Part shown: one piece after another, positions 48,503 to 58,900 of the stretch
How the letters are laid out: the number at the start of each line of letters is the position of its first letter
Numbering within the stretch: the first letter of the stretch is position 1
IMG/VR virus record: IMGVR_UViG_2823670853_000002
Direction: 5' to 3' (one strand)
Length of the DNA: 64,000 nucleotides
Source of the DNA: a virus
Taxonomy: Duplodnaviria; Heunggongvirae; Uroviricota; Caudoviricetes
Made by a program: the position numbers and the translations under genes
The notes under the pieces: generated by a model
The model's input: only the letters and a program-made list of their open reading frames with translations
The model's database searches: none
Told to the model about the DNA's origin: nothing

Positions 48503-48748
48503 TCAATGTCTGGCTTTTTTTCTATAGAAATCACCAGGAAGGGTGAATATCCACATCAGAAGAAATGTTGCAGCAAACATGATCCCTAATGGCCAGACCG
48601 CGCCAAAGAAAATCCATACTAAGATCTCCTCTGCTCGTTCTTTGCGGTCGATATCGACAAGCATTTTTCGGCTGATCATGTATACACAGAAGCCAATACA
48701 AACATATCCTGCAAAAGCGATCGCTAACTGTAAAAAATCAGATTGCAT
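48503..48748 (-). CDS. Hypothetical membrane protein (3 TM) downstream of repL
   Basis: Start taken at MQSDFLQLAIAFAGYV; hydrophobic segments throughout. Confidence 0.45.
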   Translation of the reverse strand: MQSDFLQLAIAFAGYVCIGFCVYMISRKMLVDIDRKERAEEILVWIFFGAVWPLGIMFAATFLLMWIFTLPGDFYRKKARH

Positions 48749-48798
48749 CTCCGACCTCAAACTGAAAACGCCAGGTGACTCCAGATTAGAGCAATCTA

Positions 48799-49644
48799 TC
48801 ACCCTCTGAATCCTGCCGGTATACCCCATTGTTCGTTATCTTTATTTTTGGCTAAAACCGCATTAAGAGCTTCGTTTACCGTCATGCAATGCGGCAGATT
48901 ATCGAAGTTTGATATCCCGCCAATATCAGGAGAACGCTTGTTCTTCAGGTAAGCATATTTCCGCGCTGTCGCCTCTACTTTCTGCTTGAACTCATGTTTT
49001 TGAGCGCGTTTTTTGGATAACCGCAGATTGTCAGCCTTTGCTTTTGCCTCAGCGATCCATGAAGTCAGTTTTTTGAGGCTGCTCGTTCCGGCACCGCCGG
49101 AAACTGATCTTTTTGTTTTTTTAATTTGTGACTTCTTATTCTTTATTGCCACGTCATCCTGACAGGGGGAGGGGGTATCATTTTGACATGGGGGTGTGGA
49201 TAAAAAATCAAATAAAGCCAATGTCTTAGCGAGAACAGCTTTAACCTTGGTTGCGGCTGAAGAGATCTTTAATTTGCTTTCAATTAGCGCATTTTTGGCT
49301 TGTTGAGCAAAGGCTAAAAAGGATGGTGTAAACCGGTACAGGTTAGCGCGGCGTTCACGGTGATCGCCGATAACAATCTCTACAGACAGGATTCCTTTGT
49401 TTACAGCTTCACGGAATGCACGAACGACGGTTGATTGGCTATAACCAGTTTCTGCCGCGATCAGGCGGTGAGGCTTGTGAATGAAGTATTCACAGGTTGT
49501 TGCCGCGAGATTTGCACATTGCGATAGGATATGCCCGGCGCTACGGGATAGACCGGAGTGTGTTACAAAGCAGGCCAATTCATAGCCAGAAAAAGTAAAA
49601 TCGCTCATCGTTATACAGCTCAGGAAAGTGACTTTAGCCAGCAT
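48799..49644 (-). CDS. repL: Lytic replication initiator RepL (contains oriL)
   Basis: 281 aa, downstream of kilA under the same operator; wHTH-like TGYSQSTVVRAFREAVNKGIL; P1 synteny. Confidence 0.8.
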   Translation of the reverse strand: MLAKVTFLSCITMSDFTFSGYELACFVTHSGLSRSAGHILSQCANLAATTCEYFIHKPHRLIAAETGYSQSTVVRAFREAVNKGILSVEIVIGDHRERRANLYRFTPSFLAFAQQAKNALIESKLKISSAATKVKAVLAKTLALFDFLSTPPCQNDTPSPCQDDVAIKNKKSQIKKTKRSVSGGAGTSSLKKLTSWIAEAKAKADNLRLSKKRAQKHEFKQKVEATARKYAYLKNKRSPDIGGISNFDNLPHCMTVNEALNAVLAKNKDNEQWGIPAGFRG

Positions 49645-49673
49645 TACAATGCTGGTGGTTCTTACTACGTCTG

Positions 49674-50474
49674 TTAGCGCGTAGCCGCGACAGGTACCAG
49701 CACACCAGCATCAAGCAATCGCTTCATTAGCCACTGCTGACCTTTGCCGGTTATACGAGTCGTGAAAGAAATCCTGCTTCCGTTGCTTGTATCGATCACG
49801 GTTTCTTTGAGGGTGAAGTACCCACGGGATATGTATTCTTGTTTGGGGACGTTCCTGCGTTCACCGGTTGCGATCAGAATTCCGTTATCACGCAACCAGG
49901 TGAAGAGATAGTTTTGGCCCAGGCCGAGCACTTTGGCATAGTTGCCGATTAGAACCCCGCTGGCGGTAGCAACGCGTTCGGCGAATTCGACTTTAGGTGC
50001 ATCCATAAGCATTTTTTGCTCCAGCCGTTGCTTTTGCTCTGCCAGGTCGGCAGCCAAACGGAGAGCTTCTGGGAGGCTCTTCGGAATAGCAGGTTGTAAT
50101 CTTCCAGCTCGATAGTCGATAAATGTCTGGTTTACCTTCAGCCGAAACGCGGGAGAAATCCAGCCTGCGTACTCCACAGCGAGCAATTCATGGGCAAAAG
50201 TGCCGCCGCCACGGCCTTCGAACGAAACTATGCAATTCTGCATAGTTTCTTTTTCAAGCTCTTCGATGAGCTGTTTGGCTGACAGCGTTCTTAGCCATTG
50301 AGCTGGCGCTTTATGGGCACCGAGTCCGCTCGCTCTGTGTAGAGCATTAAGGTTGTAACGGCCAGCGCGGTCGGTCGTAATTTCAACACCACAAATAACA
50401 GGCAGAGTGGTTGAAGGATCGACATTTTGATGAAGGTTTGATATATTCATATCCGCATTGAATGTTTGTTGCAT
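49674..50474 (-). CDS. kilA: KilA (KilA-N domain plus KilAC/ANT C-terminal domain)
   Basis: 266 aa; C-terminal LPEALRLAADLAEQK...GKGQQWL is shared with the Ant C-terminus. Confidence 0.8.
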   Translation of the reverse strand: MQQTFNADMNISNLHQNVDPSTTLPVICGVEITTDRAGRYNLNALHRASGLGAHKAPAQWLRTLSAKQLIEELEKETMQNCIVSFEGRGGGTFAHELLAVEYAGWISPAFRLKVNQTFIDYRAGRLQPAIPKSLPEALRLAADLAEQKQRLEQKMLMDAPKVEFAERVATASGVLIGNYAKVLGLGQNYLFTWLRDNGILIATGERRNVPKQEYISRGYFTLKETVIDTSNGSRISFTTRITGKGQQWLMKRLLDAGVLVPVAATR

Positions 50475-50543
50475 TTTTTCTCCAAATTTGCATCAACCTT
50501 CAATCACCAGCTCGAAATGGTGATTCTTTGCACTTAGAAAACG

Positions 50544-50560
50544 AAATTTATTAGAGCAAA
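50544..50560 (-). promoter_or_regulatory. C1 operator match upstream of kilA-repL (Op53-like)
   Basis: Minus TTTGCTCTAATAAATTT (16/17). Confidence 0.65.
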
Positions 50561-50637
50561 TTTTTCTGACTCGATCCAGATCGGGTTGGTCGATCTGCTC
50601 AGAAACCTGCCAGTTTGCTGGCAGGTTTTTTCTTTTG

Positions 50638-51681
50638 TTAACCTATTGCTACTGGTTTTAACAAACCAGCATCAAGTAGCTTGCGAGTTAACCACTGCTG
50701 GCCTTTACCCGTTAATTGGGGCGTCAGCCGTATCTGGTAGCCATTTTCATCATCCAGCACCACTTCTTTCACCGTGAAATACCCGGCGTTAATGTACTGC
50801 TGGCGCGGTACGTTTTTGCGCGCACCAAAAGCCATGAGAATGCCGTTCTGGCGCAACCATGAGAAAAGGGCGTTTTGCTTAAGTCCAACGACCTTTGCAA
50901 AGTTCCCGATCAGGATTCCATTAGCCACTGATACCCGGTCGGCAAAATCGACTTTAGGGGCTGCGGCCACCAGCTGTTGTTCCAGCTGCAATTTCTGTTC
51001 TGCCAACTCGGCAGCCAGGCGTAGGGCTTCTGGTAATGTTTGGGGGATCGATGGGGTAGGGGAGTTTGCCTGCTGCAATTCTTCCAGTTTGTCGATCAGC
51101 GAACGGCGGACCGCTTTCGATTCGCGCGCGGCGACTCGCAGGGCTTGTTTGTAGGTCATGGTTATGACAACCATAGGCGTACCGCCACCTGGCGGCACGG
51201 TTGCACTTTTTGTGTAACCGTCCTCACCTTCTAATTCGTCGAGTATTTTTTCGATGAATTTGTTGTTCCGAACCTCTGGTTCCCCACATAACTTACGCGC
51301 TTCATTGACCATCTTTAACAGTGTCAGGCTGTCGATTGTGTCTCCGGTGGTGGGGATGACATTCACGGCTGGTGCTGGCGTTGCTGAAGCAACAGGTGCT
51401 GGTTTTTTAACATTCAAATTATTACTGGTCATTCTATGTGCCTCCTTTCTCATTTCTGCTGCCACCGTTGCGTAACGTAGACGTCCTTGTTCAATCAAAT
51501 AATCCCTGATCTCGGCTATCAGTAGCCTGTTGATCACAGCCTTATCTGTTCGGGTATAAAAACGCCTGGTTATCATGAAATAGTTAGCAATTGCGCCGGG
51601 GATCTCCCGTGTCGGCATACAGGCAGTATGCAGGGCGATCGCTTCGGCTATGTCATTACGGGTGACGAGAGGTTTTTTCAT
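50638..51681 (-). CDS. ant1: Antirepressor Ant1 (Ant2 from internal in-frame start)
   Basis: 347 aa; KilAC domain at the C-terminus; start overlaps the icd stop. Confidence 0.8.
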   Translation of the reverse strand: MKKPLVTRNDIAEAIALHTACMPTREIPGAIANYFMITRRFYTRTDKAVINRLLIAEIRDYLIEQGRLRYATVAAEMRKEAHRMTSNNLNVKKPAPVASATPAPAVNVIPTTGDTIDSLTLLKMVNEARKLCGEPEVRNNKFIEKILDELEGEDGYTKSATVPPGGGTPMVVITMTYKQALRVAARESKAVRRSLIDKLEELQQANSPTPSIPQTLPEALRLAAELAEQKLQLEQQLVAAAPKVDFADRVSVANGILIGNFAKVVGLKQNALFSWLRQNGILMAFGARKNVPRQQYINAGYFTVKEVVLDDENGYQIRLTPQLTGKGQQWLTRKLLDAGLLKPVAIG

Positions 51682-51899
51682 AAACCCCCCTGAACGTCGG
51701 CAGAGAAGGGGAGGCTCCAGTAACTAAGTGAATTGCGCGAGTTAGTTGAAAAACGGGCAGTAAAAATGCAGGGGCCATCAGGCAATTGAGAGCGTGCTTC
51801 GTCTTCAGTTGCTGCGATAACGAAGTGATAGTGGTGTTTTTTACAGGAATAGAAACGCCAGATGAATTCTGGGCGTGCGCAAGGATTGGCATTAACCAT
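51678..51899 (-). CDS. icd: Icd (interference with cell division), translationally coupled to ant
   Basis: 73-aa ORF overlapping the ant1 start by 4 nt, downstream of the c4 region. Confidence 0.7.
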   Translation of the reverse strand: MVNANPCARPEFIWRFYSCKKHHYHFVIAATEDEARSQLPDGPCIFTARFSTNSRNSLSYWSLPFSADVQGGL

Positions 51900-51949
51900 A
51901 GTTACGGCCTCACAATCAGGTTTAACAACCTGCTACCCGCTGCTAAACA

Positions 51950-52026
51950 GGTGGCAGGACGTGACGGGGTTAGCAGACTGGCGATTGTGAAACCAGCAGG
52001 CCGAAGCCTCCCCATCACGCCCCACC
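51950..52026 (-). ncRNA. c4: c4 antisense repressor RNA (77 nt; ends inferred from structure)
   Basis: Minus GGTGGGGCGTGATGGGG...CCCCGTCACGTCCTGCCACC forms a long closing stem with an internal GGCTTCGGCC hairpin. TCTGCTAACC is complementary to the GGTTTAGCAG / TGTTTAGCAG boxes flanking it in the transcript. Confidence 0.5.
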
Positions 52027-52213
52027 ATAATTTGGGCGTAACGCGGTTTTACGGACACAAAAATACCGCAATATCGGATATCTGCGGCTGTCCGCACAAT
52101 CATTCAGGCTGCTAAACCCGGTCGCAGAATTTGCTACGACGGCGGAACTATAAGCCTGAACGATTAAAAGGTCAATATGATGCGAAAAGATAGCATTCGT
52201 GACTTAAAAATAC

Positions 52214-52230
52214 AAATTTATTAGAGCATT
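52214..52230 (-). promoter_or_regulatory. C1 operator match upstream of c4-icd-ant (Op51-like)
   Basis: Minus AATGCTCTAATAAATTT (16/17). Confidence 0.65.
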
Positions 52231-52326
52231 ATCTGCTTAATAAATACACAATTGGGTCTAATAACCTCTTTTTTTTAAAGGCGAAAATATGTACCCTAAA
52301 TGGGTTATAAGGCAGGTGAGGTTATA

Positions 52327-52458
52327 ATGAGAAAACTATTACTATCGTTATTATTTATGGCTGGGACTGTTAATGCAGCATCAAGCGTAAAGGAGATTTG
52401 TACCGATTATACGAAATACCTTTGGCAAGTTTACGCCTTTGCGATCAATGACTATTAA
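52327..52458 (+). CDS. 43-aa exported peptide (below ORF-track cutoff)
   Basis: MRKLLLSLLFMAGTVNA/ASSVKEICTDYTKYLWQVYAFAINDY; GGTGAGG RBS; signal peptide. Confidence 0.45.
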   Translation: MRKLLLSLLFMAGTVNAASSVKEICTDYTKYLWQVYAFAINDY

Positions 52459-52479
52459 TCCATGCGTAGGAGTGGATTT

Positions 52480-52797
52480 ATGCTGATTCGTTTGTTTTTA
52501 GTGCTTTCCTTTTTAACATTTAATGTTTTTGCTGATGAAGTTGACTTTTCGAAGGTAGATTGTAATTCAGTGGAAACAAGAAAAGCTCTTATTGAAGAAT
52601 ATAACGAAATATTATCGTCATATGGAATAACAGTGGTTGATTCTTATAATCAAAAAACTATTCAGAAAGGAATAAATAAACTGGTCTGTTATGGGGTTTA
52701 CCAATATTCAGATGGCTCTTCGGAGTATGTTATTTATAAAGCATACCCAAATAGTCTTGGTGAATTAATTAGTGAGTTTAAACCGATTAATGAGTGA
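52480..52797 (+). CDS. Exported protein (signal peptide), sim-locus position
   Basis: MLIRLFLVLSFLTFNVFA/DE; AGGAG RBS before the ATG at 52480; AT-rich. Confidence 0.55.
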   Translation: MLIRLFLVLSFLTFNVFADEVDFSKVDCNSVETRKALIEEYNEILSSYGITVVDSYNQKTIQKGINKLVCYGVYQYSDGSSEYVIYKAYPNSLGELISEFKPINE

Positions 52798-52804
52798 ATG
52801 GAAA

Positions 52805-53584
52805 ATGAAATTATTTAATGTAATAACATTTTGTTGTGCTATTTTTGCTGGAAGCGCGATAGCTGATAATAAATTGCCAGATTGGCTTTCTACCTCAAAG
52901 AAAGATTATGATTTAGTAAGGGCATTCTATTTGTCTGGATTTGCTTCGAAAGCAATGAACAATCAATTTGGTTATCATTTGCCATCTGAGTTGGTTAATG
53001 ATTTTAAAGATAATGAATTTGCTGCTCAGGAAAAATGGAACACAATTCCAATTGTGTATGGTGAAATAAAATCCATAAGAATGGTGAATAATAAACCAAT
53101 TGTAGAGTTATTTACTCCAGGGGAAAATGCAACGCCACTAAATTATATCAAATTGAAAATATTGGATTCAAAGCAAGACTCTCTGTTAAAACTAAAAAAA
53201 GGGGATGATATATATGCAGTGTGCTCAGGTGCTAATTTTAGCTTAGTGCCAATTCTGAGCAACTGCACTCCAGCAACAGACGTCATTGATGCTGCACTCT
53301 CTTTTTCTGGTGAATATATGTTCCCTGCTTTTGATTCTTTTTCACCTACTAAGCAAAACGTCAAATATATATTCACAAATCAAGATCCTGTTCAGATGAT
53401 GAATTTTATAGGGTACCTATCCTTAGTCGATACAACGAAGGATAAGAAAAAAATGGATATGGTTCGTAAGTGTACGCCTTGGAAGCCGGAATGTTCACAA
53501 CAATTCGTTGATGTAATGGAAGGATTTGATAGCATCATGTATAAATATGAGAGAGAATTTAAAAATTACATAGAATTAAAATAG
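52805..53584 (+). CDS. Exported protein (signal peptide), candidate superinfection-exclusion (Sim-like) protein
   Basis: MKLFNVITFCCAIFAGSAIA/DN; 259 aa; lies between immI and the tail operon, where P1 carries sim. Confidence 0.5.
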   Translation: MKLFNVITFCCAIFAGSAIADNKLPDWLSTSKKDYDLVRAFYLSGFASKAMNNQFGYHLPSELVNDFKDNEFAAQEKWNTIPIVYGEIKSIRMVNNKPIVELFTPGENATPLNYIKLKILDSKQDSLLKLKKGDDIYAVCSGANFSLVPILSNCTPATDVIDAALSFSGEYMFPAFDSFSPTKQNVKYIFTNQDPVQMMNFIGYLSLVDTTKDKKKMDMVRKCTPWKPECSQQFVDVMEGFDSIMYKYEREFKNYIELK

Positions 53585-53616
53585 TATTTGAAAGGATGGT
53601 CAATTTAAGTTTTAAA

Positions 53617-53640
53617 AAAACGCCCATTAAAGGGCGTTTT
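53617..53640 (+). terminator. Rho-independent terminator
   Basis: AAAACGCCCATTAAAGGGCGTTTTATT. Confidence 0.8.
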
Positions 53641-53739
53641 ATTGTTTTACTCAAAACAACCTGATTATGTGATAACCATATCATATCCCTCATTCCACCT
53701 ACACTGATTACCCCCCAGACAACAATATTCCTACTCAAT

Positions 53740-53762
53740 GAACAAATGACTACTCGTAGAAT
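53740..53762 (+). promoter_or_regulatory. Late promoter of the sit/tail operon
   Basis: GAACAAATGACTACTCGTAGAAT, near-identical to the motif at 20572. Confidence 0.6.
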
Positions 53763-53769
53763 CGGTTAA

Positions 53770-54360
<591 letters not shown>

Positions 54361-54370
54361 GAGGGCTGAT

Positions 54371-54982
54371 ATGGGGTTTAATGTTGCTTCAGTAAAGTCT
54401 TATGTATCTTCGGCATTAACGACGACATTATTTGGCTCCGGCGTTGGTGAACGGGAAGTTGGTAAGCTGACGTCAATCATCATGAACAAAATGCTGTTCG
54501 CGCAAGGATGGCAGTTCTCTGTCGAAGTTGATGGACTGGAGGGGGCAGACTTCTTTGCCAAAGACATTACCTACCACGATTACAGCATCGAATATGAAAC
54601 GATTAAAATCGGCGGAGGGAATATCCTTCAACCAACGGAGCGTTCGCCTGGGCAGATAACAATGATGGTCAGGGATACCGTTGATGGCCTCGTTTTGGAC
54701 TGGTTTAAGACGGCAAAAAGTCGGGTGATCAATCCGGACGGTACCGGGAATATACCGTCTAAATATTTGCTCAATGTGCGTATTTATCGGTTGCTGTCTT
54801 CCGGCTTAACCAAACTGGAAAATGAGATGACGGTATTCCCGGTCACTACCGGCGATGTCACCTATGCACGAGATCAGGTTACTGAATTTAAGTCATTCCC
54901 AATGACCTTCGCATTGCACAGCACGTTTAACCAATCCTCAAGTTCTTTGGCTTCCCTTCTGGGCTTTAGCTTTTCTCTTTGA
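54371..54982 (+). CDS. tub: Tail tube protein (tentative)
   Basis: 203 aa (~22 kDa); position upstream of the tape-measure-like sit. Confidence 0.45.
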   Translation: MGFNVASVKSYVSSALTTTLFGSGVGEREVGKLTSIIMNKMLFAQGWQFSVEVDGLEGADFFAKDITYHDYSIEYETIKIGGGNILQPTERSPGQITMMVRDTVDGLVLDWFKTAKSRVINPDGTGNIPSKYLLNVRIYRLLSSGLTKLENEMTVFPVTTGDVTYARDQVTEFKSFPMTFALHSTFNQSSSSLASLLGFSFSL

Positions 54983-54996
54983 ATTAAGGAGCAAGG

Positions 54997-55878
54997 ATGC
55001 TTTTACCTCTTTTCCCGCTACCATCGCGGCCAACTGAATTGATCCAGTTCCGTCAGCCAAATATTGCTGATGCGATGCGTTTCAACTCGATAACACCGGA
55101 GGAACAAGAACAACAGACAACGGCGTATTTAAAAGCCTTGCTGGCTGAACCCGCGAAACATGATCCCCTGACATGGACGGCGCAGGACCGGATTACCGCG
55201 TTATGGTGGATATTTACCGGCTCCCGTGAAACACCGGTCGAGACATTCACCTACACCTGTAAACATTGCGGTAAAGAGCATTATTACGATTGCGATATGA
55301 ATGCTCTGGCTGAAGATATCCAGGTCCTGGAAGTGGAACCTTTCATTGACGATATTGAGGTGTCTGTAGAGGGAGTACCTTATCAATGGCGTATCGTGCC
55401 GCTTGATGGTTGGGCAATGGAAATGCTGGAGATGCGCCGTGCAGCATTGCCACCTGAAGACGACGCGGAATTCAAAGAAGCGATCGTTGATTTGCGTTTT
55501 TGGGAATTCGCTTATCAGTGTGAGCTTTATAACGATGTTAGCGGTACTCGTGAAGATCAGGCCGAGCGTCGTTATGAAACGATTAAACGGATGGCCATTG
55601 ATACTGAATTTATGAAGCTGGCGGCACACATCCGACTGGCTCATGAAAAGCTCGAACATGGTTTACCGTGCTACATCGATAAAGGTGAAATGCGTCTTCG
55701 TCTCCCGCCGCATAAATGCCCAAACCAAGATAAAAAGGAGTCCACAGAGGGTGCGTATACCCGTCTGTGGGTGCCCTTTCGGGCTTCCGACTTCATTCCA
55801 CAGGTGGGGATTGAAAAGCTATCAGACCTTAGTGTCCAACCTGGTTTTGTATGGGGGTATACCGATTCAGGACGCTGA
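54997..55878 (+). CDS. pmgB: Late morphogenetic protein with CxxC...C..C cluster
   Basis: 293-aa ORF; YTCKHCGKEHYYDC. Confidence 0.45.
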   Translation: MLLPLFPLPSRPTELIQFRQPNIADAMRFNSITPEEQEQQTTAYLKALLAEPAKHDPLTWTAQDRITALWWIFTGSRETPVETFTYTCKHCGKEHYYDCDMNALAEDIQVLEVEPFIDDIEVSVEGVPYQWRIVPLDGWAMEMLEMRRAALPPEDDAEFKEAIVDLRFWEFAYQCELYNDVSGTREDQAERRYETIKRMAIDTEFMKLAAHIRLAHEKLEHGLPCYIDKGEMRLRLPPHKCPNQDKKESTEGAYTRLWVPFRASDFIPQVGIEKLSDLSVQPGFVWGYTDSGR

Positions 55879-55959
55879 AAGGCTCACTGAATCCTATGCG
55901 TTTTTCCTGTTGGAGAAACTGGAAGAAAAACTTAAACCGAAGCGGTAGGCGATAAGATC

Positions 55960-58900
55960 ATGGAAAGAAAAAACGCCAACATTGACGATGTGATAAGGAC
56001 GGTTGAAACCGCCAGCGCAAAAGAGCTGGAAGAGCTTGCAGGTATCCGGGAAGCTGTTGAAGATTTGAAAGGGGGGCGAGTTGCTACTGTTGATCCTGTC
56101 TCTCGCAGCGTGTCGGCATTAAATCGCACAATCGAAAATTCCCGGCCTGACTTTGTGGCCAAAGCGCCATCCGTAGACCCTATTGTTGACGCAATGAAAC
56201 GGCTTAATTTAGGGGACGTTTCTCGTGTAGTTCAGGAAGATGTTGCTCAACAGGAACAGCGGGCCAAATCAACCACACCAAAGGGTAAAAAACGACGCAG
56301 GAAGGCTATACCAGAGGATGTAAAGGCACAACGGACCGAAGCAGCCGAACACGCTCGCGAAATGTTCGGTCAAAAAGGCGGTGCGCAAAAAAGCCAAAAC
56401 CAACGCGATGCGCGTGGTCGTTTTATTGGAAAGTCAGGGAGTAAGGCCGCAGCGGAAGATGCCCGTGCTGAACGTGCTGAAAAGGCCAGGCGCAAAGAGG
56501 ATGATGAGCGTCTAAATGCTGAATCAGGTTTATTAAAAAAACTGTCAAAAGTAGCTGAAGGCATAGGTAACCCTTCAGAGACTCGTGCCGTCGATGCGTT
56601 AGGTTATGCCGTTGCTGGTCCATTGTGGGCAGCAGGGAAGGAGCTTGGCGGGATATCAAAAGAAGTTGGTGGATCGCTTAATGGTGCCAGAAAGTCTATT
56701 GCCGATGTGATTCGTGGCAATGACGATAACAGCCGTAGAAAAGGTTTTTTTAGGCGTAAATCGCAAAATAGTGCCGATGTCGTTCAGGTTAACACCCAAA
56801 AACGGACGGTTCAGGAACTTCAGGAGCAGACCAGCGAAATTAAAGAGGGCAATGACAAGATTCTCAGCGCCCTTGATCAGATAGCCAAAAACACCGGGAA
56901 AAAGAAGGGCGGCTTGCTGTCCAAACTATTTAGCCTGTTAGGGAAGGGGGCCGGTGGCGTCGCGTCGTTGTTAATGGGGCGTGGCATGCTGAAAAAAGCT
57001 GGAGCACTCGCTTTTGGCGCTCTGGGGGCAAAGAAACTTGTAGGAATGCTACGCGGTGGTGGCAAGAAGACTCTCGCCCATGAAGGCGGAGATTTGGCTG
57101 CCCGGGCAGCAGGTAAACTTGGATTAAAGGCAGTTGGTAAAGGGGCGTTACGCGCAATTCCCCTGGTCGGCACAGTGGCTGGAGGTATTTATGATGCGGT
57201 AACCGGTTGGAATGATACAGAAGCGCAACGTCGAGCGTTTGGGCTTAAATCAGGACAAGATCCATCATTCCAGCAAAAAGCCGCTTATACGTTAGCTAAT
57301 GTTCTTGATATGGGGGGACTGGTATCTGGTATTAGCAGCGCCATTGGTGAGGTTCTCAAATCACTTGGATTTGAGGATATCGGCAATATGTTGCAATCAT
57401 TTTCGACGGAAAGTATTGCCCAGGCCATTGATAGTGGGATTACCAACTTAGAAACATATATTTCTAACCTTGGCGACACCATTTCTACCAAGTTCGATGA
57501 TTACACAGCAAAGATTGGTGATGCTGTTTCAGCATGGTTTAGCGATACATCTAATAAGCTGCTTGAAAAGCTGGATGCCATCAAAGACTTCTTTACTGTC
57601 GATAACCTGAAACAGGTTTTCAGTGATGCAATTGATAGTGCAATTGATTTCATTAAGAACCCAGGGAAACACATTAAAGAGGCGGCTGGTAATATTTGGG
57701 ATGGGGTTAAAAATTTACCCGGTAAAGCATTAGATGCAGCGTTTGATGCCGTTAAAAATACCCCTGCGGCAATGATTGTATCAAAAATACCCAATCCGAT
57801 CGGCGAGGCTAATGCGAAAGAAATCACTCCAGAGTTAAAAGCTCCGGTTAATAGCCACCAGGAGACGTCTGATTCTAAAACTGAATCCGATGCCAAACAG
57901 AGTAATATTGCTACCCGCGTGATAAATGCGGCACTGGACACGGCGAAAGATAGCAATAAAACAGTTAAACAAACTGCCAATCAGATTATCAATGCAAATG
58001 CAGTAGAAACGGGCAATAGCGCGTTGCAGAAAATTGATAAAGCTATTGGTCAAAATAGCTCGTCATCATCGTCGCTTAATACCACTGGCACCAGGAATGA
58101 CATTCAGAAAGCTGCGGATACCTACAATAATGGCAACTTGGATGTAAAAGTCGGAAGTCTTGGCGCTGAAGGTAAGGCAAATCTCGATAAGTTGGCTCCG
58201 TATTTTGCTGAACTAGAGAATAAATATGGCCTTCCTGAAGGTACTCTTTACGCGATCGCTGCAACTGAATCTGGTGGTAATCCTAACGCAAAATCTACGC
58301 TTACAAGATCACCAAATGGAAAGCTAAGTGGTGGCGCTCTCGGAATGTTCCAGTTTACGAGCGTTGCTCGTGAGGAAACTGGATTATCCCGGGAAGATTC
58401 TTTTAATCCGGAAAAATCGGCAGAAGCTGCGGCTCTTCTCATGAGCAAGTATCTGAAGCAAGCCAATGGAGACTTAAACGAGGCCATCACTGCATATAAC
58501 GCAGGGTTTGGCACTATCAATAAGTGGAAAAAAGGCACAGGTGACTTATCGAAAGAAAACCGTGAGTACGCGATCAAGGTCAATACTCATCGTGCTCGCT
58601 ATTTAGGTGGTGAAATCTATACACCTGGGGCAGGAGCACAGGGTGGGGCGCAATATGGAGTGAGGGGACCACTGCCTGATAACGCCGTTATCGATCAGTC
58701 TACTGGTCTGGCGTTTACCCCTGGTGATAGCCCGTTTGAGAAAGGCGGTCTGGTAGACAAAATCGGCAATGCTGTTGGCGTTAACGATCTGGTCAACAAA
58801 TTCATGAATGGCCGGGGGATGCGTCGGGAAGTCGTCCAGGGAACCCTCGAAGAACGTGCACGAGGAAGGGGAACCGCAACGGCAGCTGGCAATGTGTATG

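Noticed and set aside
48785-48805. Half-match to the C1 operator (minus ATTGCTCTAATCTGGAG) at the 3' end of repL.
   Set aside because: Only the first 11 positions match and no promoter-like -10 follows. It is probably fortuitous or a decayed site.
51656-51892. 78-aa minus-strand ORF overlapping icd in another frame.
   Set aside because: icd (51678..51899) has the expected size, the 4-nt coupling to ant1 and the correct position after c4. The alternative frame has none of these.
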